A DNA stretch of 64,000 nucleotides from an uncultured Desulfosarcina sp. Lineage in GTDB: Bacteria; Desulfobacterota; Desulfobacteria; Desulfobacterales; Desulfosarcinaceae. The notes under the pieces were generated by a model. It saw nothing but the letters and a program-made list of their open reading frames with translations. It had not been told where the DNA came from and made no database searches. Both the position numbers and the translations under genes were made by a program. Positions 1 to 10,356 of this stretch are shown here, piece after piece (the stretch's first letter is position 1; each line of letters begins with the position of its first letter). The stretch spans positions 2,496,001 to 2,560,000 of the forward strand of contig CAXXWQ010000003.1 of assembly GCA_963674945.2 (NCBI GenBank). Direction: 5' to 3'.

Positions 1-846
1 AAACAGGGTCTGGCGTTTGTCTTTGTGCGGCGTGCTGTATACGATTTGGCGTACATCGGGAATGAACCCCATATCGAGCATACGATCCGCCTCATCGATG
101 ACCAGAATCTCTACCCGTTTCAGATCCAAGTCCCGGCGACGCTTGAAGTCCAGCAAGCGACCCGGCGTGGCGACGACGATATCCACTTCTTTTCCGGTCA
201 GTTGCCGGCGCTGTTTCTCATAGTCCATGCCGCCGAAAACACTTACGATGGAGAGCCGGCAATATTTGGATAGGAGCACGGCTTCGTCTGCAATTTGTAG
301 GACCAGTTCCCGTGTGGGGGCGATGATCAGAACCCTCGGGGTTCCGACGGGTCTCTTTTTCGTTGGACGATGTTCGAGCAGCCGTGTGAGAATCGCAACC
401 AGAAAGGCGGCCGTTTTCCCTGTTCCTGTCTGGGCTTGCCCGAAAGCGTCTCTCCCTTTTAATGTGGTAGGAAGGATCTCCGCCTGGATGGGCGTGCAGT
501 ATTGAAATTGGGCATCTGCGATGGCGTGCAAGATGGGATCGGGAAGGTTCAAATCATGAAACCGGGTCGTTCCCTCTTTTTCGGGAACCACAAACAGTCC
601 CGGATGCCAGGAGGGCTGTTGCGAAGCCTTCGTTGGCCTCCTATGGGGCGAATCCTTGCCGGTTTCGGCAAGGCGTCCCTCCCCTTCAGGAGTTCGGCCC
701 GTCCTATTTTTCTCCCCGACACCATGGGATGAACCCGCCTTTAACTTTGATTCTTCTTTCTCGGTCTCTTTCGCGGGGCCGACACTCTTTGCTCGATCGC
801 TCGGTAATAGCCTTTTGCGTATGGCGTTTAACAGTTTTTTTATCAA
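1..846 (-). CDS. DEAD-box RNA helicase (RhlB/RhlE-like); 3' part runs off the window start
   Basis: Not in the ORF track. Manual minus-strand translation from TTG at 846 gives the Q-motif ([13 protein letters not shown]), Walker A (AQTGTGKT) and [13 protein letters not shown], open to position 1. Confidence 0.9.
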   Translation of the reverse strand, partial: MIKKLLNAIRKRLLPSDRAKSVGPAKETEKEESKLKAGSSHGVGEKNRTGRTPEGEGRLAETGKDSPHRRPTKASQQPSWHPGLFVVPEKEGTTRFHDLNLPDPILHAIADAQFQYCTPIQAEILPTTLKGRDAFGQAQTGTGKTAAFLVAILTRLLEHRPTKKRPVGTPRVLIIAPTRELVLQIADEAVLLSKYCRLSIVSVFGGMDYEKQRRQLTGKEVDIVVATPGRLLDFKRRRDLDLKRVEILVIDEADRMLDMGFIPDVRQIVYSTPHKDKRQTLF

Positions 847-1120
847 AACCCGGTTAACCTGATATTCCTTTCCGTTGAATATTTCATAGTACTATCCCAA
901 CATTATCGGGGCAGACACCAAAAGAGAGGGTCTTTGGATTGTCAAGGTGGTCAATATATGAAGATCCACCGTAAATTGCAAGGGTTATCCGACTGCTTCA
1001 CGGTGACCGCATTCGTCCTGTGCTGTTTTTTTCGTATGTATCGCCCAATTCCAGGTCTCTTGGCAGGTTTGAAAAGAATGGGCGGAACGTCACCACCTGC
1101 ATCATCAAGAGGCTCATATC

Positions 1121-1825
1121 TCAGATATTTTCAGATGTATCGAACAGATCGGATATGGTGTTGAGGCTGAATTCCATCTCCCCGGACAGGAATTGGGAGA
1201 TGGAGTGAAGTGTGATGATGGCATTTTTATCCGCATCCATGTTTCCCAGACTGTGAATCCGTTCCAGGAGTCCTTCGTTCACCTTTTGCACCTTTGCATA
1301 GCGTTTTTCGAGCCTGTCGAAGTCGAATTCCTTTACGAGGCCTTTTTTGAAGTCAAAATATTGACTCAGCAGGAAAAACGAAGTCGTCCGAACCGTTGTT
1401 TCTTCGACGGAAGCAAACGGAAGGTGAAAACGGGCCATGGGCTTGAGAAAGTTCATGACCGGACAGTTGCTTGTGGCCATCACGATACCGAATACGGAGG
1501 TGAGCGCCTCCATGGCAGATGTCTTTTTAAAATAGGTTCGGTCAATGGTTTCGCATTTTACCGTACAGTTTTTATGGGAGAGGATGTTTTTGAAGCCATT
1601 GACAAGATCTGTGATATTCACTGCGACGGGACAATATTTGGTGGTATCCGATGAGAGCGGACAGCACGCGCATTGTTTATATGAAAGTTCGGTCCACGCC
1701 GGATAGGGTGCCGTAGAGGCCGTTTCCATGGTCAACGTGACCGGATCCAAAGCAATATGAAAATGACTGCTTTGTCCATCTTCCAATTCGATGTGATAGT
1801 CGAACCAGTATGCTTTTTCGTCCAT
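1121..1825 (-). CDS. Conserved hypothetical protein (DUF6901-like), Cys-rich
   Basis: ORF (upstream alternative ATG at 1855). WTELSYKQCACCPL..CPVAV and MATSNCPVMNFLKPMARFHLPFAS match my recollection of DUF6901. Confidence 0.7.
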   Translation of the reverse strand: MDEKAYWFDYHIELEDGQSSHFHIALDPVTLTMETASTAPYPAWTELSYKQCACCPLSSDTTKYCPVAVNITDLVNGFKNILSHKNCTVKCETIDRTYFKKTSAMEALTSVFGIVMATSNCPVMNFLKPMARFHLPFASVEETTVRTTSFFLLSQYFDFKKGLVKEFDFDRLEKRYAKVQKVNEGLLERIHSLGNMDADKNAIITLHSISQFLSGEMEFSLNTISDLFDTSENI

Positions 1826-1944
1826 GTTCTTCTCTTTTCCATCACGCGCCGCCATTCTTTTGTGGCAACGAACGGCAGCAAATCACGCACGCAATTTAAG
1901 TACACATTGTATGGTTTCACCATTTCTTCAATGATCAAAAGTTA

Positions 1945-1960
1945 AGCAAAAATCATACCA
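1945..1960 (-). promoter_or_regulatory. Putative sigma54 (-24/-12) promoter for the DUF6901-like gene
   Basis: Minus strand TGGTATGATTTTTGCT has GG-N10-GC spacing and is close to the consensus TGGCACGNNNNTTGCW. Confidence 0.55.
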
Positions 1961-2029
1961 ACAAAATAGTACGAAACGGTTGTTCGCACTTTTGGAAAAA
2001 GAGAGAATCGATTTCATCGTTTGTTAAGA

Positions 2030-3265
2030 TCATCCATAGGCAATGCCATCCACCGGATCCAATGAGGATGCATTGGCTGCAGGGTACAAGGTGGCAATGA
2101 AACAGATCCCCAAGGTGGATAATCCGATGATCATCAAATCAGTGAAATGCAGACTCACAGGCAGTGTGGTTAAAAAATATACGTCACCGGGCAATTTTAT
2201 GAAGGGGTAATGTTGTAAAATTATGCACAGTAAGATTCCCAAAAAACCGCCGATGGCGGTCCCTATGAATCCGATTACCAGGCCTTTGAAAACAAAAATT
2301 CGCCGGATGAGGTGATTGTTGGCCCCCATGGCCTTCAAGATGGCAATATCGCGCGTTTTTTCCATAACCATCATGATAAGGGCGCTTGCAATGTTAAAGG
2401 TGGCAACCAAAACGATGAGGGCGAAAATGATGTAAAAGACTGTCTTTTGAAGCCGCAGCATGGAGAAAAGATTTCGGTTCATCTGCATCCAGTCCCGTGC
2501 CCAATAAGGAAACCCCATGTGGTGGACGATGGATTCGGCTATGTTTGCGGCCAGGTAAATATCCATCACCCGCACCTCGAAACCGGTTGCCTCACCCGGC
2601 ATCTCCAACAGTTTTTGGGCGACATCCAGCCGTGTAAAAGACATGGCGCCATCGTATTCGTTCATACCCGTCTCGAAAATTCCGGCAACGGTAAACCGCA
2701 TCACCGTGGGCATTCGGTTTGCGCCAGCCCCCTTGCCCAGGGGCGATATGAGAAAGATCGGGTCTCCTACACCGACTTCCAGTTTTTCTGCCGTAACCCG
2801 GCCGATGATGATTCCCGGAGCAAGACCCGATGATGGTTCGGCTTTTGTTTTGCCCAGCGCATCACACAAGGCAACCTTCCCATCAACGGTGACGGGTGGA
2901 CACGGTCGCAACGGGTCGATGGCTTTTAATACCGATCCACTCAATCCATTGGCACTTCTCAGCATTACCTGGGTATAAATAAAAGGTGACGCCGATTCGA
3001 TTCCGTCCAATTTCTCGAGGATCTTGACCGTTTCATCGATTTCGGACACCGTCTCTCCGTACCGCATCACCAGAATGTGGGATTCCATACCAAGGATTCG
3101 ATTTTGAAGTTCTGTTTCAAAACCGGTCATTACGGCAATTACAATGATTAGCACCATCACCCCCAGGGCGATCCCGATGGTGGCCAAGAGAGTGATCAAT
3201 GAAATAAACGTCTCTTTTTGCCGGGAACGAATGTAGCGAGAGGCAACGAACCATGTAAAGGACAT
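2030..3265 (-). CDS. Lipoprotein-releasing ABC transporter permease LolC/E
   Basis: FISLITLLATIGIALGV N-terminal TM, MacB-like periplasmic domain, EKTRDIAILKAMGA motif, C-terminal LYPA..A..LDP. Confidence 0.92.
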   Translation of the reverse strand: MSFTWFVASRYIRSRQKETFISLITLLATIGIALGVMVLIIVIAVMTGFETELQNRILGMESHILVMRYGETVSEIDETVKILEKLDGIESASPFIYTQVMLRSANGLSGSVLKAIDPLRPCPPVTVDGKVALCDALGKTKAEPSSGLAPGIIIGRVTAEKLEVGVGDPIFLISPLGKGAGANRMPTVMRFTVAGIFETGMNEYDGAMSFTRLDVAQKLLEMPGEATGFEVRVMDIYLAANIAESIVHHMGFPYWARDWMQMNRNLFSMLRLQKTVFYIIFALIVLVATFNIASALIMMVMEKTRDIAILKAMGANNHLIRRIFVFKGLVIGFIGTAIGGFLGILLCIILQHYPFIKLPGDVYFLTTLPVSLHFTDLMIIGLSTLGICFIATLYPAANASSLDPVDGIAYG

Positions 3266-3282
3266 CCGACACTCCTGGTATG

Positions 3283-4107
3283 TTATCGTACTTTTTGGGC
3301 AAGTATTCTGTTCATGCTACCGGAAACATACCCCTCCAGATCCACGCAGGTGTATAAGAATCCCAGGTATTTCATTTCATGAACAATGCGGCTCCGCATG
3401 GGTTCGGACAAAAGTTTCGGTAGCTGCGGTATCGGCACTTCGATTCGGGCAATATCTCCATGATGTCGCACCCGACATCCCATGAATCCACGATCGACAA
3501 GTATTTTTTCAGCCGTCTTCACCTGCTCTATTTTTTCATCGCTGATCGGCGAACCATACGGAAAACGTGTGGCAATACATGCCATTGCCGGCTTGTCCCA
3601 TACAAAAAGTCCCCTTTTTCTTGCCAATCGTCGGATATCGGTTTTGGTCAACCCCGCTTTTTCGAGTGGCGCAACGACTCCTAACTCCCGGGCGGCTTGC
3701 AGTCCGGGGCGATAATCAGTGATATCATCCGCATTGGATCCATGGGCCAGGACCGAAAATCCCTTTTCCTTTACCAACGACTGCATTTTTCCAAAGAGGC
3801 GCTTTTTGCATATGTAGCATCGCTGTGGTGTATTTTCAAGAAATTCAGGAATCTCCATTTCATCGGAATCGACGATCAGATGGGTCACACCCAAAATGGT
3901 CGCAACCTTTGCTGCATCGGCAACTTCTCCGTCCCAATGAATGGGGGATCGTGCCGTCACCGCAATCATCGTCTCACCGATCACGTCGCGTGCCGAGGCC
4001 AGTAGAAATGCACTGTCCACACCTCCGGAAAGTGCCACGGCAAGACGATCATAGGATGAAAGAAGCGCTTCGAGTCGTCTTTTTTTATCCCCCAAAATCG
4101 ATTCCAT
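3283..4107 (-). CDS. larE: LarE-family ATP-dependent sulfur transferase
   Basis: PP-loop [44 protein letters not shown] and GY.SGSMN. Confidence 0.9.
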   Translation of the reverse strand: MESILGDKKRRLEALLSSYDRLAVALSGGVDSAFLLASARDVIGETMIAVTARSPIHWDGEVADAAKVATILGVTHLIVDSDEMEIPEFLENTPQRCYICKKRLFGKMQSLVKEKGFSVLAHGSNADDITDYRPGLQAARELGVVAPLEKAGLTKTDIRRLARKRGLFVWDKPAMACIATRFPYGSPISDEKIEQVKTAEKILVDRGFMGCRVRHHGDIARIEVPIPQLPKLLSEPMRSRIVHEMKYLGFLYTCVDLEGYVSGSMNRILAQKVR

Positions 4108-4254
4108 GTTCCATTCTTTCCGTCAATATGGGATGGGAAGAAGCTGGCCATTTGCCAAAAAAACATTTACAATCAATACGTAATCCATTATAAAAACTCG
4201 TCGTCACACCTTTTTACCATAGCCATTTTCAATACAAATTCAAAGGGGTTTTTC

Positions 4255-5964
4255 ATGGGGAAAAAGAGCCTGATCAAGTCCACTTCCAAAAAAAAGCCAG
4301 CTGCAAAAAAAGCCGCTGCAAAAACCACCAAAAAGAAAAAAACTCCGGCGAAAAAGGTAGCCCAGAAATCAACGTCGAAATCCAAAACAAAGAAAAAAGC
4401 CGTTGCGAAAAAGATCTCACCCAAGTTAAAAGCAATCTCGAAAAAAGATCTGCTTACGAAAAAATTTGACACCCAATCGGCCAAAATCCTCTACACCATT
4501 CCTGAAGAGTTGAAGGAAAAATCCACATTTACGGCACCGGAATTTCTCGCAGGCGTCAGCACCGATGATGCCAAACGCATCAAGGGACTATTGGCAAATA
4601 CATACAGCTCCGCGGAATTGAAAGCAGTCGCCAGAGCGCCTGTCCCAAAAGCCAAACCGGTGTCCGTAGAAGAGCTGTTGAGAAAGAAATTTGATATCGT
4701 AAAGCCCGAAGTCCTCTACACCGTTCCCGAAGAGTTTTCCGAGAAATCCACATTTACGGCGCCGGAATTTCTCACAAGCGTCAGCACCGATGATGTCAAA
4801 CGCATCAAAGGACTACTGGCAAATACTTACAGCGAAGGGGATCTAAAGGCTGCCGCGGAAAAGGCTGCCGCGGAAAAGGCTGCCGCGGAAAAGGCCGCCG
4901 CGGAAAAGGCCGCCGCGGAAAAGGCTGCCGCGGAAAAGGCTGCCGCGGAAAAGGCCGCCGCGGAAAAGGCTGCCGCGGAAAAGGCTGCCGCGGAAAAGGC
5001 TGCCGCGGAAAAGGCCGCCGCGGAAAAGGCTGCCGCGGAAAAGGCTGCCGCGGAAAAGGCTGCCGCGGAAAAGGCCGCCGTGGAAAAGGCTGCCGCGGAA
5101 AAGGCTGCCGCGGAAAAGGCTGCCGCGGAAAAGGCCGCCGTGGAAAAGGCTGCCGCGGAAAAGGCTGCCGCGGAAAAGGCTGCCGCGGAAAAGGCCGCCG
5201 CGGAAAAGGCCGCCGCGGAAAAGCCGCCTTCGGATCCCATTGACACCAGTATCAAACTCTTCGCCGCAGGCCTCGCCTTTCTTCTTTTGCTTGTGGTCTG
5301 GGCAAGTACGTCCAACTCACTTAAATATTATGCCATAGAAAAAGACGGCGCTCTTGAAATATGGAAGGGAAAGTTCGCCCCCCTCGGCAAAAAGATTGTC
5401 GTCGTGCTTCCCGGATACCAGCCCTCCGGGGAGATCAAAGAGACCTACCGCTCCCACGAAGTCTTATCGATGGCGTTCGAATACTATGTCGACAAGGCCG
5501 ATGTTCTTATGGATGTCCCCGGAATTCCGGACTTCGAGGAAATCAAGGCAAATCTCAAAATCGCCCTCTCCTATGCACCAAACCGGGAAAAGCGAAGTGC
5601 CGTATACGACCGCCTTGATAATATCGATCGTTTGATTCTCATGTACAAGGCGGAAACTGCCGCTATCCGGGGAACCACTTCAGGCCTCACCGCCGCCATC
5701 GGCTTTCTGAAAGAGGCCCGGAAACTGTCTGCGGACAAGGCACAGAAAGAGTCCATTGCCCTGACAATTGAAGGGTATGAGGCGGCACTGGCCGCCCTGG
5801 AAAAGGAAAAAGAGGCCGCTGGCCAAGAACAAGCCACTACGGACACTGCTGCACAGCAAGCAGAAAAAACCGAAGTAGAGGAAGAAACGGTCACGCACGA
5901 AGCGAATCCCGATAATGCGGTGCCCCCAGAAGAAGCCCCTGCCTCGAATGCAGAACATCAATGA
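4255..5964 (+). CDS. Membrane protein: Lys-rich histone-H1-like N-terminus, duplicated ~75-aa segment, 25x KAAAE helix, single TM, C-terminal helical domain
   Basis: 569-aa ORF. The TM segment [18 protein letters not shown] follows the repeat. Confidence 0.85.
   Translation: MGKKSLIKSTSKKKPAAKKAAAKTTKKKKTPAKKVAQKSTSKSKTKKKAVAKKISPKLKAISKKDLLTKKFDTQSAKILYTIPEELKEKSTFTAPEFLAGVSTDDAKRIKGLLANTYSSAELKAVARAPVPKAKPVSVEELLRKKFDIVKPEVLYTVPEEFSEKSTFTAPEFLTSVSTDDVKRIKGLLANTYSEGDLKAAAEKAAAEKAAAEKAAAEKAAAEKAAAEKAAAEKAAAEKAAAEKAAAEKAAAEKAAAEKAAAEKAAAEKAAAEKAAVEKAAAEKAAAEKAAAEKAAVEKAAAEKAAAEKAAAEKAAAEKAAAEKPPSDPIDTSIKLFAAGLAFLLLLVVWASTSNSLKYYAIEKDGALEIWKGKFAPLGKKIVVVLPGYQPSGEIKETYRSHEVLSMAFEYYVDKADVLMDVPGIPDFEEIKANLKIALSYAPNREKRSAVYDRLDNIDRLILMYKAETAAIRGTTSGLTAAIGFLKEARKLSADKAQKESIALTIEGYEAALAALEKEKEAAGQEQATTDTAAQQAEKTEVEEETVTHEANPDNAVPPEEAPASNAEHQ
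4846..5220 (+). repeat. Coding tandem repeat, 25 x 15 bp (AAGGCYGCCGYGGAA)
   Basis: Counted directly: 25 contiguous units that differ only by GCT/GCC and two GCG>GTG changes. Confidence 0.97.
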
Positions 5965-6093
5965 TTGGATAATTCATGCATCATCAGAGGGGGAGTTGCA
6001 CGACCGATTCGTGAGGCTCCCCCTTTGTTTTTCCGAAATCCGACTTTTTATGAGTTCATTATTGATGGTTTGACAACCGGAAAGGAGTACCCC

Positions 6094-6510
6094 TTGAACG
6101 AAGAAGTCGCAGCTGAACTGGAAACATTTATCGAAGAATGGCAAGAAACAGAGGAAAATAACAAAGCCGTTTTTCTGGATTTGAAATCTTTTATTGAAAA
6201 AAAATCCGGCGTGGAATTGGATTTTATACCCAGGTCTGGCGTCACTTACTCTTTGCGGGTAGGCCATGAAAACCAAAAAGACAAGTCCCTGTTTGCCATG
6301 ATCGATGTGATTGAGGACGCCCCTCGCTGGCTTTCGGTCTGTTTTTATGGTGAGATGATCTCCGATCCGGATGAAAATGGGGACTTCGTACCCGAGGGTC
6401 TTCTTGGCGAGGACGCCATCTGTTTCGATCTGGAATCCAAGGACGAAGAACTGACGGAATATGTGAAAGCGCGCCTCGAAGAGGCGTATACGTCCGCAAA
6501 ACAGGGATAG
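6094..6510 (+). CDS. Conserved hypothetical protein
   Basis: TTG start at 6094 after AAGGAG. Acidic globular protein (RSGVTYSLR, RWLSVCFY, VPEGLLGEDAICFD). Confidence 0.7.
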   Translation: MNEEVAAELETFIEEWQETEENNKAVFLDLKSFIEKKSGVELDFIPRSGVTYSLRVGHENQKDKSLFAMIDVIEDAPRWLSVCFYGEMISDPDENGDFVPEGLLGEDAICFDLESKDEELTEYVKARLEEAYTSAKQG

Positions 6511-6543
6511 CCCCACCGACGATTGTCCGATTCCCGTTTCCTC

Positions 6544-7332
6544 CTAACATTTCAGGGACGCGGGAATCTCACAAACGGGTATGGGAAGCATTTTGTGGCG
6601 ATTGCTTTGATTGAATGTTCGATAAATCCCCAACACCTTTTTTTGCCTTTCAGTCAACGCTCCCTCATCGCCTGTATCGGCTTCAAAAGCCATGGCCCAT
6701 TCCAATTCGTTGTAGGTTGCACCGATCTGACTCTCGTCGGAACGATTATCTTGCCACAGGCCATCTGTTGGGGGGGCCTGTATGATCTCGTCAATGATGC
6801 CCATGTCCCCGGCCAGGGCATAGACCTCCGATTTCATCAGGTCTGCAATGGGGGAAAGATCCACACCGCCGTCTCCGTATTTGGTGTAAAAACCAACGCC
6901 AAAATCCTCCACCTTGTTTCCCGTGCCTGCCACAAGCAACCGATGATGGGTAGAAAATGCGTATAGCGTCAGCATGCGCAGACGGCTTCTGGTATTGGCC
7001 ATGGTCAAATCATCCTGGATCGATTCGGGCAAGGCGTTTTCGATGGATTGAAACGCAGAAGTGAGATCGATTTTTACACCTTGGACGTTCCCGTAGCCGG
7101 ACTCGAGCCAGCGGATGTGTTTGGCGGAACGGCTGATCTGGTCAGGTGCCTGATGAATCGGCATGTTCAATGCGTAAACCTGTGCCCCTGTGCGTGCGCA
7201 CAATGTGGAGGTGACCGCAGAATCGATACCGCCCGACACGCCAATCACGAATCCCTTCATCTTCGATTTCTCCAAATAATTGGAAAGCCAGCTGACGATA
7301 TAATCGATGATCCCTTCAACCTGCATAGTCAT
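6544..7332 (-). CDS. nadE: NH3-dependent NAD+ synthetase
   Basis: GVSGGIDS, NTRSRLRM, GTGNKVE.GVGFYTKYGDGGVD, PTDGLW. Confidence 0.95.
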   Translation of the reverse strand: MTMQVEGIIDYIVSWLSNYLEKSKMKGFVIGVSGGIDSAVTSTLCARTGAQVYALNMPIHQAPDQISRSAKHIRWLESGYGNVQGVKIDLTSAFQSIENALPESIQDDLTMANTRSRLRMLTLYAFSTHHRLLVAGTGNKVEDFGVGFYTKYGDGGVDLSPIADLMKSEVYALAGDMGIIDEIIQAPPTDGLWQDNRSDESQIGATYNELEWAMAFEADTGDEGALTERQKKVLGIYRTFNQSNRHKMLPIPVCEIPASLKC

Positions 7333-7409
7333 TCCTTTCTACAATTTCATACGACGGATGAAAAAAAAGACACATTTTCCGCATTAAGGAGATTCCCGTC
7401 GATCCAGTT

Positions 7410-8720
7410 TCAATCCGGCAACAGATCGTAGAAATAGACCATGGCATCGGAGCGGGTCAGGATTCCGATGATCTGGCCATCGGACGAAACCACGGGAAGT
7501 CGTCCGATATCATGGCGAATCATGAGTCGCGCCGCCTGAAGCGGACTTCTCCCCGGCGCTATCGTATGTACGAGAGTGCTCATGAATGCCTTTACCGGTG
7601 CATCGAGCTGATCCTCCCTGCGGATCTTTTTGAAATCGCGCCGTGAAATGATCCCCACCAAAGTTCCATCGTCCACCACGGGAAGGCCGGTGCATTCCCT
7701 CTCGCGTAGCTCCCGTGCCGCCTCGGACATGGTGGTTTCCGAAGAGACGGAAAAAACGGGAAATGACATGATGTCACTAACCTGCACCGAAGATTGTTGG
7801 TTTCCGGCGATGAGATCGTAAATCATCTCCTGGGCCACATCGGGATTGACACCCTTTAACATTGCACTGCCGGCACCGGGATGTCCGCCGCCCCCCAGGC
7901 TCTTCATCAGCGTGCCAACATCCAGCGAATCATTGTCACTGCGACCGATGACGATACATTTTGTTTTCCCTTTTTTTTCTTGGCTTACGAACATGCCAAA
8001 GGCCACGTCGACGTTTACGATGTCCCGATACATTCGAACCACCAACGCCAGATTGGAAACGTGTCCTTCGACGGAAATCCGGCTGAGACTCACGGAGTAT
8101 CCGTTTATTTTCTGGCGTTTGCTGTTTTTCAGCATCTCGAACAAGATGTCCTTCTGCTTTTGTCCGTAGGCGGGCCGCAGGAATTTGTTGATCAGGGAAA
8201 GATCCGCCTTCTGATCCAGCAACCAACCTGCTGCATATGCATCCTCGGGCGTCACCGACGGGAAGGATAGATTGCCCGTGTCCTCGTATAGGCCGGTGAG
8301 AAAAAGGGTGGCCTGAATGGGAGAGATCGATTTTTCCATATCCTTGAGCCGATCGATCAGCAAGGTAATGGTAGCACCCTTACGCTCCTGGCATTTCCAT
8401 GTCCCGCGGATCGTCCCCGGCCTGTGGTGATCCCAGACGAACACCTTTAAATCCCTTCGATCCCGTAACCGGGACAAGGGGCCCAGGCGTTTCCAATCAT
8501 CCGTGTCAACGACCACCAGCTCACGGACTCGGTCGATGGGGACTTCGTGGCGGTCCATGTAATCGAATAGATCCTTGTGCATGGAGATGAACGCACGAAC
8601 ATTGGGATTTACATTTTTGGGGATGGCGGCGGTGGCATCGGGGTAAATAAGTGTTGCCGCCGCCATGGAGGCGAATGCATCAAAATCGACGTTCGTATGG
8701 GTGGTGATGATTTTCATCAA
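7410..8720 (-). CDS. DHH/DHHA1 phosphoesterase with C-terminal CBS pair
   Basis: THTNVDFDA, VVVDT, WDHH, LYEDTG and GGGGHPGAG motifs, followed by two CBS repeats. Confidence 0.88.
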   Translation of the reverse strand: MMKIITTHTNVDFDAFASMAAATLIYPDATAAIPKNVNPNVRAFISMHKDLFDYMDRHEVPIDRVRELVVVDTDDWKRLGPLSRLRDRRDLKVFVWDHHRPGTIRGTWKCQERKGATITLLIDRLKDMEKSISPIQATLFLTGLYEDTGNLSFPSVTPEDAYAAGWLLDQKADLSLINKFLRPAYGQKQKDILFEMLKNSKRQKINGYSVSLSRISVEGHVSNLALVVRMYRDIVNVDVAFGMFVSQEKKGKTKCIVIGRSDNDSLDVGTLMKSLGGGGHPGAGSAMLKGVNPDVAQEMIYDLIAGNQQSSVQVSDIMSFPVFSVSSETTMSEAARELRERECTGLPVVDDGTLVGIISRRDFKKIRREDQLDAPVKAFMSTLVHTIAPGRSPLQAARLMIRHDIGRLPVVSSDGQIIGILTRSDAMVYFYDLLPD

Positions 8721-8761
8721 AAATTTTCAGTTAGATTTTTGCTTTCTTTGAAACGCAATTG

Positions 8762-9562
8762 TCATTTGGTCTGCTTCCATTCCAAAGCGCTGCGACCCCT
8801 TTCTTCCTCGGAAGGGTCCGATAATGATAAGAGGGGCTCGTTTTTCGATCTGTATGCCAGCTCGAGGCGATGCTTTTCGATTTCGGTGCGACTTTCGATG
8901 CTTTTTTTGGCCAGCAGATACCGCAGGTAGACAATCCACAGACCCGTTGCCACGACGACGATGCCAATTGAGACAAACACCCACTTGAATCGAATGACCG
9001 TTTCAATACTGGTGCGGCCGAAGCTGGCGATCATATTGGGAATGATCCAATACGAGACCACACCGATGAAGATCAGAAAACCGATAATAAAGATATTCAT
9101 CCGGCTGATACGGTGAAGAACGGACTCCAAACGGGTCTCATACGCCACGTTGCAGGTGTCCGGCGCATTTTCCACGGACAACGCGCCACCGTGGAAGACG
9201 GCCAGATAAGCCTTGACCACGAATCCAAAAAGCAGCATTGCCCCAACCGGAATGCCGATGGCCGCTACGAACCATGCCCGAAACGGGAAGGGAATGTCTC
9301 GTGTTTGCAAGCGAACGGTGTAGTTTTCAAAGGGGCCGAAGGTTTTTTCGAAGTAGTACTTGTTGAATTCGCTCAAATTCTTACCGCTTGTCTCGTGGAT
9401 GACATTTCCGTTGGTATCGATCACCTGAAGCCAGGATTTCCGTCCCGACTTCATGGCTGCCAGGGCGAAGATTTCCAGTTCCAACAAGAACAACCCCACG
9501 ATGATGATAATGAAGAGCGTCTTATGCTCGTTGATCAAATTGCTGATTTGCGTCGCATTCAC
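8762..9562 (-). CDS. Hypothetical multi-pass membrane protein
   Basis: 266-aa ORF (GTG start) with about 4 hydrophobic segments, co-oriented with the DHH-CBS gene and nadE. Confidence 0.75.
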   Translation of the reverse strand: MNATQISNLINEHKTLFIIIIVGLFLLELEIFALAAMKSGRKSWLQVIDTNGNVIHETSGKNLSEFNKYYFEKTFGPFENYTVRLQTRDIPFPFRAWFVAAIGIPVGAMLLFGFVVKAYLAVFHGGALSVENAPDTCNVAYETRLESVLHRISRMNIFIIGFLIFIGVVSYWIIPNMIASFGRTSIETVIRFKWVFVSIGIVVVATGLWIVYLRYLLAKKSIESRTEIEKHRLELAYRSKNEPLLSLSDPSEEERGRSALEWKQTK

Positions 9563-9779
9563 GGCTGATCGTCCCGTCCGTATCTACGAAAAATCCGAAA
9601 TCTTGGTATGCTACATCGAATCACTACCTACCACAGTGCCCTTTTTCTATACAATATTTTTTCCCCTTACAAAAGGTCTTGCAATCTTCGGGCATTAGGA
9701 TAATGCAGGAAAAGATCACGCGAACAAAACACACGCTTCGTACCCGATGGCGAAGTTTGGTTCCTGAAAAGAGGGGGTT

Positions 9780-10334
9780 ATGAAGAAAACGATTATTTCG
9801 GTTCTGGGAAAGGATCGACCCGGCATCATCGCAGCCGTCACCGGCATCTTATTCCAACAGGACTGCAACATCGAAAACGTCAGCCAGACCATTTTGCAAG
9901 ATGAATTTTCGGGCATTTTTATCGTTGCGCTCCCTGAATTCCTTACTGATAAAGAGCTTGCGCACCATTTGGACGCAGGTCTCTCGGAAATGGCGTTGCA
10001 TGTCACTGTAAAACCGATCTTTCCACCGGATGCGGCAGTTGCCCCCATTGATGGCGAACCTTTCGTGGTGACCACGAGAGGACCGGATCGCAAGGGGCTC
10101 GTCGCGGCAATCACCGCCGTCATGGCTGTCCACGGTGTCAACGTAACCAATTTACAGGCCGTCTTCAAAGGCGGCGCAGATCCCGACGTCAATGTCATGA
10201 TCTACGAAGTGGATATTCCGGCCGAAACGGACCAAACGCTGCTACGGCGGGAACTGAAGGAAAAGGCACGACAATTGTCTTTGGACATATCCATTCAACA
10301 CAAAAGAATCTTCGAAGCGATCAATCGCTTATAA
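9780..10334 (+). CDS. Double ACT-domain protein (GcvR-like)
   Basis: Two ACT signatures: ISVLGKDRPGIIA and VTTRGPDRKGLVA. Confidence 0.88.
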   Translation: MKKTIISVLGKDRPGIIAAVTGILFQQDCNIENVSQTILQDEFSGIFIVALPEFLTDKELAHHLDAGLSEMALHVTVKPIFPPDAAVAPIDGEPFVVTTRGPDRKGLVAAITAVMAVHGVNVTNLQAVFKGGADPDVNVMIYEVDIPAETDQTLLRRELKEKARQLSLDISIQHKRIFEAINRL

Positions 10335-10356
10335 GGCGTATACAGGAGAGTCAATA

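Noticed and set aside
4846..5220. Tandem array as a CRISPR
   Set aside because: Contiguous 15-bp units with no spacers, in frame within a CDS, and no cas genes.
4827..5315. Antisense (FSAAA)n ORF
   Set aside because: It is the reverse-strand shadow of the repeat.
4255..5964. TolA call
   Set aside because: The TM comes after the repeat rather than at the N-terminus, and no tolQR/tolB/pal genes are nearby.
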